Shown here piece by piece: positions 52,040-64,000 of a DNA stretch of 64,000 bases (the stretch's first letter is position 1; every line of letters starts with the position of its first letter). Made by a program: the position numbers and the translations under genes. Source of the DNA: Dipteris shenzhenensis (taxonomy: Eukaryota); NCBI GenBank assembly GCA_047967505.1, contig CM106538.1. One strand, 5' to 3'. The notes beneath the pieces were generated by a model. That model saw only the letters and a program-made list of their open reading frames with translations, was not told where the DNA came from and made no database searches.

Positions 52040-53720
52040 TTCCATGTGTTCTCTTGTGCATGTGCCAGCAAGCGCACAGGTCCTGGCACCACTGTTCATA
52101 TGCAGATAGCGATTTTGAGAGCTGAGATGAGGGCACTATAGGATGCTAGGGCACCCCCTCACTTGGCTGCGAGTCTCCATTTAGTCATTGATGCTCTAGG
52201 TTGATTAGACATAGTTGAGGACATTTTGGATACCTTTCAAGCACATGTTGAGGCATAGATCGGTGGTCATGGCTTGGATTGGAGAGCCATTCGAGAGTTA
52301 TTTGAGCATGAGTCACCTCACAGGTAGGCCTTAGAGGATATGTTTTGGGATGGTCACACTGAGGCGATGCGACCACGATCAAGGCAGCCATTTTATATTT
52401 TATGTTGTAGGCACCCCGTCATAGTAGCATACATTTATCTGAGATATCTCACTGTGAATGGTGGTCGATTGCCTCACAACTGTCAGATAGCCAAGTCATT
52501 TGCCATGTAGCTATATGCCAAGTTTGTGCTTGGTCATTGGGTAGACTACCTTAGTACCTATCCAGGATCAGGAGCGGGACATGGTAGGATGGGGCGTCAG
52601 GAGTGTCAAATTGTAGGTATTCGACGTCGATGCGAAACACCAGAGCTACACACTATCCTTGCACCGGCATTGTGAGCTGTTGGAGGACGGATTAGGGGGG
52701 ATGTTCATTCAGTGGCCTCATCCTTGCACGACATGGTCTCTGCCCTATCGAGATCACTTTCGATTCCACCTCCCCCACCTCCCACATATATGGAGCCTCC
52801 CACATCTACACCACCTCCCATATCTACACCGCCTCAGCATGAGTTGGATACTTGAGACGCATGGATTGCAGAGTTGGAGGCATTGTTGGCTGAGTCTAGG
52901 GTCAAGGTTAGTTATTTTGATTATTTTAGTTCATTTTTTTGTTGAGTGTTTTGAACTGAAGTTTTTTGGTTCATTCTCACCATGTACGCGACATGTTTGC
53001 TTGGCAGGCACATCTATTGTGATAGGATATGGAGTCTCGTGTACGACAGTTGGAGGCAGATTTGGAGGAGCACAGGATACGGACACGCAGAGCCTACCAT
53101 CGAGCGGAGCACTATATTTTGTAGTTGAGACATATTAGTCATGATCCATCTCACCATAGGATCCACCCTAGTGTGGCCCTGTACCTTGCTCCTCCCCTGT
53201 AGATGTGTCGACTAGGACACCCATAGACACACCAATCATAGCTAGGCTTCCTACCGCCACTTGCGTTCTTTGCCACAAGGATTTTGACACCATAGGGTGG
53301 TTTGGACTAGGGTGCAACCACATCGCACATCTCCATTGCATGACCCGCCACATGGTGGTACGATCAGTGTGCCTTGTATGCTTTGCTGACATTGATGTGG
53401 CCACATACAGAGGACTAGGCGTGGATGATCTGTATCTTGGTCATCGTCAGGCCATTGTTCCATATGCTCCTATGGTCTTGATAGAGCACTACAAGAAGGA
53501 GGCGAGGTGAGAGAGGCAGAGATGGTAGCAGTGACTCGTGCAACATGCCCTCCTCTTCATCAGGATGAGGCTAGCCCATGTGATCTAGGAGATGAGGCTG
53601 GCCCATCTAATCCGGCTTTGCCTGAGGGCACACAGTGGATGGTTGGGTAGCGAGTCATACAGGAGCCATGTTAGAGGATGACTAGAGGATCATATGAGGA
53701 GTTATCAAATTCTGATTCAT
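52040..53720 (+). pseudogene. Decayed gene with Pro-rich segment, coiled coil and RING-H2 finger
   Basis: Intron 52907-53007 (GTTAGT...GGCAG); IAELEALLAESR, VRQLEADLEE; CVLC...CNHIAHLHC...CLVC (C3H2C3 spacing) in ORF 53205-53510. Confidence 0.7.
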
Positions 53721-54049
53721 GATGATTGTTTAGGCTTCACACATATCTTATTTAGGGATGCACTTCTGCACGATGATGATGATGATGATGTACACATTCA
53801 TTTTGGTACTTTCATGATGTTGTTCTTACTTTTATGATGTATGAGCATTTTGGTACTTTCATGATGTTCTTCTTACTTTGTTTATCTCAATTTATAGTTT
53901 GTTCAAATCTAACATAAACATTTAAAATTAGGAGTATCGCTTTAAATTTCAAATATCTCAATTCACACATCTAATACATAAAGTATTTTAAAAATAATGC
54001 CGTGTGAAGTAATTGTAAACATTAAGCATTGAAAAGGTGTTCAAGGATA

Positions 54050-54083
<34 letters not shown>

Positions 54084-54269
54084 CTATGAACTTTATCATT
54101 TTGAATATCATATTGAATTTTGTATATATCAATGCTTGCAATTATTACACTAATATTGTCACTAATTTTTGTAAATTATAGATTAAGAAAAAAAAGTCAA
54201 TGTTTAGCATGGAATGGTGCTCATTGGTAGTAAAATGTGTTAAATATTAATACATGATTATGTACGATT

Positions 54270-57200
54270 GGTCCCAAATCATCCCCAATAGATAAGTCCA
54301 CATGCGTATTTGGTTAGTTCGTGCACCATTTTTCATACGTAGTCACAAGTAGGGATTGTAAAAATATACACATTATACCTTCCACGTGGCACATGCCAAA
54401 TTAGTTGGAGACCAAATCTTGCATGGGTGCACCATTTTTCATACATAGTCGCTAGTAGGGATTGTAAAAATGTACACATTATACCTTCCACGTGGCACAT
54501 ACCAAATCCGTTGGAGACCAAATCTTGCATGGATGTAGGTCTAGGGTAGCCTAAGAGCTGTGCAAAGTTTCATGCACAACAGATAAGTCCATTGGCATAT
54601 TTGGTTAGTATGTTTGCCATTTTTTGTACGTAGTGACTAGTAGGGAGTGCATGCAAAAATGTATGCATTATACCTTCCACGTGGCACATACGAAAATCAT
54701 TGGCAACCAAATCTTGCATGGATGTATTTCTAGGGTAGCTTAAGAGCCGTGCCAAGTTTCATCCCAAACAGATAAGTCCACATGCATATTTGGTTAGTAC
54801 GTGCACCATTTTTCATATGTAGTCACTAGTAGGGAGTGCATGCAAAAATGTATGCATTATACCTTCCATGTAGCACATACCAAATCATTTGGAGAAAAAA
54901 TCTTGCATGGATGTAGGTCTAGGATAGCCTAAGAGCTGTGCAAAGTTTCATCTCCAACAGATAAGTCCACATGCATATTTGGTTAGTACGTGCACTATTT
55001 TTCATACATAGTCACTAGTAGGGATTGTAAAAATGTACGCATTATACCTTCCACGTGGCACATACCAAATCAGTTGGAGACTAAATCTTGCATGGATGTA
55101 GGTCTAGGGAGCCTAAGAGCCGCGCAAAGTTTCATCCCCAACAGATAAGTCCACATGCATATTTGGATAGTATGTGCACCATTTTTCATACGTAGTCACT
55201 AGTAGGGATTGTAAAAATGTACGCATTATACCTTCCATGTGGCACATACCAAATCAGTTTGAAACCAAATCTTGCATGGATGTAGGTATAGGGTAGCCTA
55301 AGAGCCACACAAGGTTTCATACCCAACAGATAAGTCCACATGCGTATTTGGTTAGTACGTGTGCCATTTTTCATACCTAGTCACTAGTAGGGATTGTAAA
55401 AATGTACACATTATACCTTCCACATGGCACATACCAAATGAGTTGGAGACCAAGTCTTGTGTGGATGTAGGTCTAGGGTAGCTTGAGAGCCGTGCAAAGT
55501 TTCATCCCCAACATATAAGTCCACATGCATGTTTGGTTAGTACGTGCACCATTTTTCATACGTAGTCACTACCAGGGATTGTAAAAATGTATACATTATA
55601 CCTTCCACATGGCAGATAACAAATTAGTTGGAGACCAAATCTTGCATGGATGTACGTCTAGGGTAGCCTAAGAGCTGTGCAAAGTTTCATCCCTAACAGA
55701 TAAGTCCACATGCATATTTGGTTAGTACGTGTGCCATTTTTCATACCTAGTCACTAGTAGGGATTGTAAAAATCTCGTAAAAATGTACACATTATACCTT
55801 CCACATGGCACATACCAAATGAGTTGGAGACCAAATCTTGTGTGGATGTAGGTCTAGAGTAGCTTGAGAGTCGTGCAAAGTTTCATCCCCAACAGATAAG
55901 TCCACATGCGTGTTTGGTTAGTACGTGCACCATTTTTCATACGTAGTCACTACCAGGGATTGTAAAAATGTATACATTATACCTTCCATGTGGTAGATAC
56001 CAAATTAGTTGGAGACCAAATCTTGCATGGATGTACGTCTAGGATAGCCTAAGAGCTGTGCAAAGTTTCATCCCCAACAGATAAGTCCACATGCATATTT
56101 GGTTAGTACATGTGCCATTTTTCATACGTAGTCACTAGTAGGGATTGTAAAAATGTATGCATTATACCTTCCACGTGGCATATACAAACTCAGTTAGAGA
56201 CCAAATCTTGCATGGATGTAGGTCTAGGGTAGCCTAAGAGCTGTGCAAAGTTTTATCCCCAACAGATAAGTCCACATGCGTATTTGGCTAGTACATGTGC
56301 CATTTTTCATACGTAGTCACTAGTAGGGATTGTAGAAATGTACCTTCCACGTGGCACATACCAAATCAGTTAGAGAACAAATCCTGCATGGATGTAGGTC
56401 TAGGGTAGCCTAAGAGCTGTGCAACGTTTCATCCCCAATAGATAAGTCCACATGCATATTTGGTTAGTACGTGCGCCATTTTCCATACGTAGTCACTAGT
56501 GGGGAGTGGATGTAAAAATGTACGCATTATACCTTCCGCGTGACACATACTTTGTCATTTGGAGACCAAATCTTGCATGGATGTAGGTCTAGGTAGCCTA
56601 AGAGTTGTGCAAAGTTTCATCCCCAACAGATAATTCCACATGCGTATTTGGTTAGTACATGTGCCATTTTCCATACGTAGTCACTAGTAGGGAGTGCTTG
56701 CAAAAATGTATGCATTATACCTTCCACGTGGCACATACCAAATCAGTTGGAAAACCAAATCTTGCATGGATGTAGGTCTAGGGTAGCCTAAGAGCCGTGC
56801 CAAGTTTCATCCCCAACGGATAAGTCCACATGCGTATTTGGTTAGTACGCGCGCCATTTTTTATACGTAGTCACTAGTAGGGATTGTAAAAATGTACGCA
56901 TTATACCTTCCACGTAGCACATACAAATCATTTGGAGACCAAATCTTGCATGGATGTAGGTCTAAGGAGCCTAAGAGCTGTGCAAAGTTTCATCCCCAAT
57001 AGATAAGTCCACATGCATATTTGGTTAGTACGTGCGCCATTTTCCATACGGTCACTAGTAGGGCGTGCTTGGAAAAATGTAAACATTATACCTTCCATGT
57101 GGAACATACTAAATCAGTTGGAGACCAAATCTTGCATGGATGTAGGTCTAGGGTAGCCTAAGAGCGGCGCAAAGTTTCATCCCCAACAGATAAGTCCACA

Positions 57201-57420
57201 TGTGTATTTGGTTGGTACATGTGCCATTTTCCATACGTAGTCACTAGTAGGGAGTGCTTGCAAAAATGTACGCATTATACCTTCCATGTGGCACATACCA
57301 AATCATTTGGAGAACAAATCTTGCATGGATTTAGGTCTAGGGTAGCCTAAGAGCCATGCAGAGTTTCATCCCCAATAGATAAGTCCACATGCGTATTTGG
57401 TTAGTATGTGCACAAATTTT
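54270..57420. repeat. Satellite-like tandem array, ~185-bp monomer, about 17 copies
   Basis: ATAAGTCCAC anchors at 54961, 55145, 55330, 55515, 55700, 55896 and 56081. Confidence 0.97.
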
Positions 57421-57699
57421 CTTAGTCACATTTTTGAAATGTCCTAAAGCACAAAACGCAATTACAACATTACTACTAATTAACAATTTTTTGTTTTACA
57501 AAAACAACAAATCCCATTGAGGAGACAACCGGACATCATGTATAAAATAGAATCTAATACAATGATGTGTATGTATAAAACCATCATAGTGAAATACAAA
57601 GTATGAGTCCATGAAAATTACAATGGTACAGTCACACAGTGAGCCTATACATATCGATTACAAAAATATGTAATCAACTAGTGATACCTAATAAAAATC

Positions 57700-60215
57700 T
57701 ATCTGATCAACTAATGATCCCAAAACTATGATATGTAATGTGCTACTCCTCAGGATCGGCTCTCATGCCAATAGTTGCAAGTATGCTCTCATGATCCTCC
57801 ACTGCAAGCCACCATCATGGAGTGGACGTCGCCTTGTGAGTGCAAATATGACTCAAAGTAATATTGATCGCAACAACAAGATGAGAATACATGTATGCCT
57901 CCTGATCCGCCATGTACTCCTGGAACTCAATATAATGACCACACCTCTATATCTGCTGAAAATAGTGGCCACCTATGATCATGCTATGAAAATACCGGCT
58001 CACCACCCTATCATCACACGATTGAAACGATGAGATAGCACTAGTGGATAAGTGCTGTGGCTGCACCACCGCACCACATCATGTGCATCCTTGAAGCGAT
58101 CGCAAAACACACTTCATGCAAGCACCTGCACCATTGTGCTCTCCGTTACCGTGCCCTATCTCGAAGTAGCTCCATGCGATCGGAATGCCTATCTCATGAT
58201 GCCATATACAGAACCAATAAAACTGTCTAGCAGATTTGAACTGACCACCACAGCCGTCTGACGAGATCCAGTGCCGCTGCCATGTGACACCATGATCCCT
58301 CAAGAAACTATCATGCAAAGTGAAGCAATGCTGCACAAAATGGGCATCATGCGATCGATCATCACTAATGTAGAAGTGATACTCTCGCACAATGACGCGT
58401 GAGTCCATGGTGCTATCAATGCCATCCACATGAGCCTGTGCATGACGATAGCTAGTGTGCACAAATATAGCAACCTGCAATATGGCATTGAAAAAAAATA
58501 TGACTATTGAAATAATTCAATATAATGAGGCCATAAAAAAACCAATAACTCAATCACACGTCACCTGTTCGGAGAAATAATACTCCGATTGGATCTCATG
58601 CTATGGTGCAAAGGTATAATTCTCCGCAAAGTCCACCACTGAGACAACCACCCCTATAGGAAACGTCCTCAAACATGCATGGAACTGATGATCCTCCCAC
58701 TTTGTAGTGTGCGAGTGGCATATGTAGTGGTATAGCTTCCCTTGAAAACTGTCAATGAATAAAACACGTGGTGTCTCCTTCCCCACAAGCTCCAACCTCC
58801 TCGACTGTGCACCACCATCTAATGTCAGGGTACTGTACTCATATTGCTTCCAACGAACCATCTACACATCACAAGTATCTAGTGCAACTCGTGGCACTCT
58901 AGCAAAGTCACCACACAAAGTACACCTCCCTTCCACACATCAAGGGAGTGGAATAAAGCATTGCCATCTCGTGTACACAATATGGAATGAATGAAGTTGC
59001 GAGGGCTAGCAGGAACCACTCCCTAATGACCATCAAGGGAATGGAATATGTCATACATCGATCCAAAATCCACATGGTAGCAACAACAGCACGTGTCACA
59101 CTCCTAAGAGCATCACACAAACCATGGCCTACATCACTCAAATGAACTCTGCCCAATCTTGAACTCCGAGTGCGCCTCTACAAACTGAGTGTACAACTCA
59201 GTCTGGGTACAGTCCAAAAAACATGCACCATGCTCAATGTACACACCGCGTGACACCCTCTTCCGCAATGCCTTCTTGAACACCAGGGATGCTCTACAAT
59301 GCTCCTCCCAAAACTGTTGTATGAAGGACCTAGTGGAATCATCCAACAATCGATCGCTGTGAGGTACATGACCACTCGAAGCCCAAAGAGCATCAGTCTC
59401 ACTATCCTCTAGACTCTACCTCCTAATCATGCCTGCTCGCAATGTGCACGGTGAAGACGTGAAGTGGTACACTCATGGCCTATCATATGAGGTCTACTAA
59501 TGGTAGCCACAATAGCACGACGTGCTGCCAAGGCATCAATGGAGTTCCTATGCTTAATATAAGCATAGGGACGTCGAACACTACTAAGGACCTCACTACA
59601 TACAACCCTATCTCTACGTGCACCAAGACCACCCAGCAAGCCTCCTACACTCTACCAAGTCAAGGTGATCAATCAGGGACGTGATAAGCACAGACTGCGA
59701 AGCTAGCATAAGGTCACTAAAAAAAGACTGCACAATCTTGCTAGTACGACGATGGATAGTGGACTTCGGCAAGTCACATCGTGAAGCAACACTGCTACTG
59801 CAAGTTGGGGCAAGAGGATCAATGGGAGTTGGTAGGGTGGAGGGGGAAAGGGAGGCACCAAGGGGAAGGGGGGGAGGGGGAGGGGGAGGGGGAGGGGGGA
59901 GGGTGGAGGGGGAAGAGGTAGAGGTGGAGGGCAAAATGTAGGTGGCTAGGGGAAGGGCAGAGGCTGGAGGTAGGGGAGCAAATGTGGATGTGGAGGGGGA
60001 GACAATGGAGGTGGGGGTGGGGGTGGGGGTGGGGTTGGAAGTGGAGGTGGAGGTGGGATGTAGAGGTGGATGTGGATCGGTGGTGGCAGCGCAAGCTCTA
60101 GATCTAGAGGCTCTCTTGTGCTCACGAACCTTCCGCTTGCTCTCCTCGTCAATGAGATTTGGGGGGGTTCCTACATCTTTCACATCTACTAGCTCTACAA
60201 CTTTGAGAACCCATG
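57700..60215 (-). pseudogene. Sola2-like DDE transposase, spliced and disrupted
   Basis: VVDFAENYTFAP*HEIQSEYY, FYISDDRSHD, SDGCGGQFKS, WSYFEIGHGNGEHNGAGACMK; GT-AG intron 58475-58564; Pro-rich N-terminus. Confidence 0.8.
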
Positions 60216-61186
60216 ACAGCAAGTTGCAATGGGTCGCCTTCTTATAGACACAGAAACGAGATGCACATTTCGCATAGGAACAAAGCCATGGTTTATTGAG
60301 CAAGAGGCACTAGGAGCGACGGTCGATTGGGCTGAGGTGGTTGCTCGCCTGATATAAGTCTACTCCTACTTGTAATCTCACCTTTTAAACTCTTTTATTC
60401 TTTAAGTTCCAATCTAATTTCCAATTAATATGGTTTCACTCTTAGAATCAAAGCTCGAACGTCCCATTAGTGGAGGTGAGCGGTGATGATGAGGGATTAG
60501 GCCTACATGGCTTACCAGGGCCAGGGATCAGGTGTAGCTCACGAGGGCCAGGGATCTCAGGCACAGCTCACGAGGGCCAAGGATTAGGCTAGGAAGACGA
60601 GGACAAGGACGACGACGATGATTCGGATGAGCAGTAGTGGTAGTAGTAGTAGTATTAGTAGTAGTTTGCATATACTTTGCCATATATATGCTTTTGTATA
60701 TCGGCTCATTTGAGAGATTTTGTATCACCCTTTTTGAAAGGGTAATTTTGTAACAAATAATGTTGTATATCTTCGACATGTATATGCTTTTGTTGCTTGG
60801 TTCACTTGAGCGATTTTGTATCACCCTTTCCACAAGGGAAATTTTGCAATAAAAAACATTCTTTTGTAATTACTAAATAAAAAACATTAGTAGGGCAAAA
60901 TAGGGCTTGCTGTGGCCCTATTTAGCCCCAGTAATGTTTTTTTTAAGCTTCTGTTAATTGTCGCTATATAGCAACGTTTACCAGTGTCGCTATATAGCGA
61001 CGTTTACCAATGTCACAATATAGCGACATTTATTAGTGTCGCTATATAGCGACTCTTATATAGCAATTGTTCTTTTTCGACGCTTATTGCGAGGTAAATA
61101 ACGACCTTTGCGCTTGTCAAAAAAAAAACTTTTTACTGTAAAAAAGGTCGGTATTTCCGTCGGAAAAGGACCTATTCCTTGTAGTG
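60216..61186 (-). mobile_element. Family-1 CACTA left end, inverted
   Basis: Minus strand begins CACTACAAGGAATAGG; GTCGCTATATAGCGAC repeats; homologous to ~19009-19728. Confidence 0.92.
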
Positions 61187-61400
61187 ACATAAACCAAAAT
61201 AGATGTGTATGCATGTGTATGTGTGTGTATATATGTGTGTATGTGTATGTGTACCTCATGTGTATGTGTATATTTTTTGTATATGTATATGCATATGTAC
61301 ATGTGTATATGGGCATATGTAGGATAAGGTGGTACACATTTTAAAATTTAAAGTGGTCAGCACATAGGTGGGTGGGATTTAAACCATGTATGCTTCTGAC

Positions 61401-61630
61401 CTTAGGGGTTTCACTATACTTAAATCCTCTATATCATGTGCATTAAAAAAATAATTTAAAACTCCCTTATCTATGAATTTTTCATGACTAAGAGAACCCT
61501 TTTTCTATTCAATGTATGAATATTCCCTTTAAATGGTACCCCTCTATATGTAGAAAATGTGCAAGATTTTTAGAACCCCTTCTATTGAATGTGCATGCTA
61601 TGCCTACATATTTATAAGTGACCCCTCGAG
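61401..61630. mobile_element. Older MITE, CTCGGGGG family
   Basis: CTTAGGGGTTTCACT...AGTGACCCCTCGAG; degenerate TSD CTTCTGAC / CTTGGGAC (6/8). Confidence 0.75.
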
Positions 61631-62857
61631 CTTGGGACCCATGTAATAGGTGTTTGCAATAATATTCTGCATCTAGATTGCCTGTAAGCCCATTGTTAAT
61701 CATCATTCAAAGCCACTTCAAGACACACTTCATCCTTCAAAAAATTCAAACGCACTTTGCCAAAAGTATTTTTCAAATGCGATTCACCCCCCCATCAACT
61801 TTGTGCATATGCATAGCTTCACATCCAACAAAATTGAATTGCCACTATCTCAAAGAAGTGCTCAAAAGCTATGGTCTCCATCTGCTCTATGTGTCTATGT
61901 GGGTTCACCTCTTCTGAGGTTTCCTACAAAGATATATAACATTTTACTAAAAAATGTGTGTGTGTGTGTGTGTGTGTGTCTGTGTGTAAGATCTGCATGG
62001 AAGATACAAACTTATGTAAAAAGGCTCTTGCTATATTATTGGTGCTACAAAGTGCTTTGAAGCTTCCTATGTGTGTTCATTTCATTGATTGTCAAGAGCT
62101 TGTATTTTAGGCACATCTCTTTGGCACACACATGGCATAGAGTGCCTCAGTTGGTGCAATTCTATTGATTCAAGGAGGAATTCCATAAGGAGTATCGACT
62201 AAGGTTCATCAAGAAAACCCTTGGTATTTATTAGACGTTGATGTTCTTGAAATGGTTTGGCTCCCTGTATTCACAAAATCTCATTCTAGGTAAGGTACGG
62301 TACACTTAAGTACTTTAAGGATAGATTTGTATAAGGAGCTGGTATTGATATACAATTATGTGTATGAATGCCCACTCTCAAACAATGAAGTCTCCATCAC
62401 TTTTTCATGTCATTTTCTCGTCATTTTATGTTGAAGAAATGTAGAAAAGTGGATAGTCCTTCCAACAAGGAAAACTATATGGTGGCATGGGTAGAGTTTG
62501 CAGAGAGCATCGTGAAAATTATGGAGGGACATAGTAAGCTACTAAAGAAGATGGATCAGTGGAGGTAGGATAATGATGCATTATACATTGTTTCTCATAG
62601 ATTACATCTAGTACATGAGATGATATTATCATTTGTAGATCCTAGAGGGTGGAGTGCAATCAAATAAGGGAGCAATAATGCTTGAAAGGTAGCAACAATG
62701 CTTGATATGTAGCAAGAGTTGTATTGAATGAAAAGAAGCTGTATAGAACGTAGCTACTACATTGGAGTATGAAAAGAAAAGAAAACAACAAGACCAAGGC
62801 GTGTCACATGCTATTCATGCTCTACAAAAGGAATTAGAAAGTTCAAAATGATATTTT

Positions 62858-63035
62858 TGTTAGAGCTATATATAGCTTTTCCTAACTCAACCTAGTCCTC
62901 AACTATATATATGCCTATGATCTATGAATATAATCACTTTTTTGGGAGAAATTCTTGTGTCTGTCTCTCTCCTCTTTCTCTTCCTTTCAATACTTCTCTC
63001 TCCTCTTTCTCTTCCTTTCAACATGGTATCAGAGC
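62858..63035 (+). mobile_element. LTR 3' end and PBS of a plus-strand LTR element (LTR start uncertain)
   Basis: ...CTTTCAACA|TGGTATCAGAGC (PBS 63024-63035). Confidence 0.75.
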
Positions 63036-63559
63036 CTGAGGCTCTTGCATGACTGTGAGAAGAAAGAAACATGATTTTTGTCAATCTGACAACAAAATCA
63101 TTCACAGAATGTTCTTTTGGATCGTTTGGACTACTTGATCGCTAGGTTTTGAGTTGATATGAAAAAGTTATCAAAGATGCATCGTAAATCAGCGCTGTGA
63201 TCATGATTGAAGAAAACGGCCCACAATGGCTTGTTCAAAGCATATGTGCCGGTTATTTTGACTAGCTGGATCACTATATTGCATCCAATGTTCAGCCCAA
63301 ATTAAACAATCAGAACACAAATGACGAGCAAATGACTTTATCCACAACAAAAACACTTAATTTTGGATGGATCTCTTTTCTCTTTACCATTATTACATTT
63401 TTCCTTTTACTGGAGATGTGGTGGCTTGGTTGCCAAGCATCAGTCGTGACTTGGTTTATTGATACTTGGATATCTTTTATTTTCATACTCAACCAACATT
63501 CTGCTCAAGTCATCATGCCCAAACTTAGTATAGGTATTCTAATATTTGGTTTTGCATTG

Positions 63560-64000
63560 TGTGAAGATAGTGGGAGAGAAGGAAGGAGTATCACTTGCAG
63601 CTTTGTCACATACACAATGGGGGAATACACACAAAGGTGCAGGCTGAAAATAGTTTTCCTCTTCTTAGTTGTGAAAGCCAAAAGAACTCTAGTACAAAGA
63701 AATAGGAGAACCCTATATGTGGGTCTCAAACCAAACTCAGCTAACTAAGGTGGCATACTAACTGAGCCATGAACTAGAGTACATAAGGATAGCTGTCATC
63801 CAGCTATTTTTCATGGGCAGTGCACCAACCGCATCTGTAGCTAACAAGTCGGTGACATAAATGCACAACGGTTACCCTGGCATATCGCGAGTGGAGCTCA
63901 ATATCTCAACACTCCCCCTTGAGCTCAATCCCAATTCCTACACACCAAGCAGGTCTATGAACTTGCGTAGCTTCTCTATGCCCAATGCCTTCGTGAATAT
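63560..64000 (-). mobile_element. Ty1/Copia 3' end: RNase H C-terminus, PPT and 3' LTR
   Basis: Minus strand IFTKALGIEKLRKFIDLLGV*, PPT AAGGGGGAG, LTR TGTTGAGA (63911) ... TCTTCACA (63560). Confidence 0.9.

Noticed and set aside
59614-60303. 229-aa ORF as a genuine gene
   Set aside because: It crosses a rearrangement junction near 60215; its 5' part is CACTA sequence.
63332-63748. Hydrophobic 138-aa ORF as a membrane protein
   Set aside because: It spans the junction into a Copia LTR and has no recognisable domain.

Overview
Eukaryotic, transposon-dense DNA from a land plant; a large-genome non-flowering lineage such as a fern or lycophyte is plausible but cannot be proven here. No clearly intact host gene was found. 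Contents: (1) a split, minus-strand RAG1/Transib-like DDE transposase remnant whose middle is replaced by ~2.6 kb carrying an intronless, divergent histone H3/CENH3-like pseudogene with a long acidic tail and extended loop 1; (2) a complete 2.2-kb non-autonomous LTR element with TSD; (3) two CACTA-superfamily families, each with head-to-head TnpA-like and TNP2 genes, one complete with non-canonical CACAA termini and a TTA TSD; (4) a hAT transposase interrupted by a MITE and by the CACAA element; (5) a MITE family with CTCGGGGG termini and 8-bp TSDs; (6) a Sola2-like transposase beside a ~185-bp satellite and a RING-H2 pseudogene; (7) a decayed bHLH-ACT gene, an orphan LACS exon and several Copia fragments. 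Two transposons are split into halves in opposite orientation, showing a complex local rearrangement between ~36 and 61 kb. Protein-family calls are from motif recognition by eye, not database searches.
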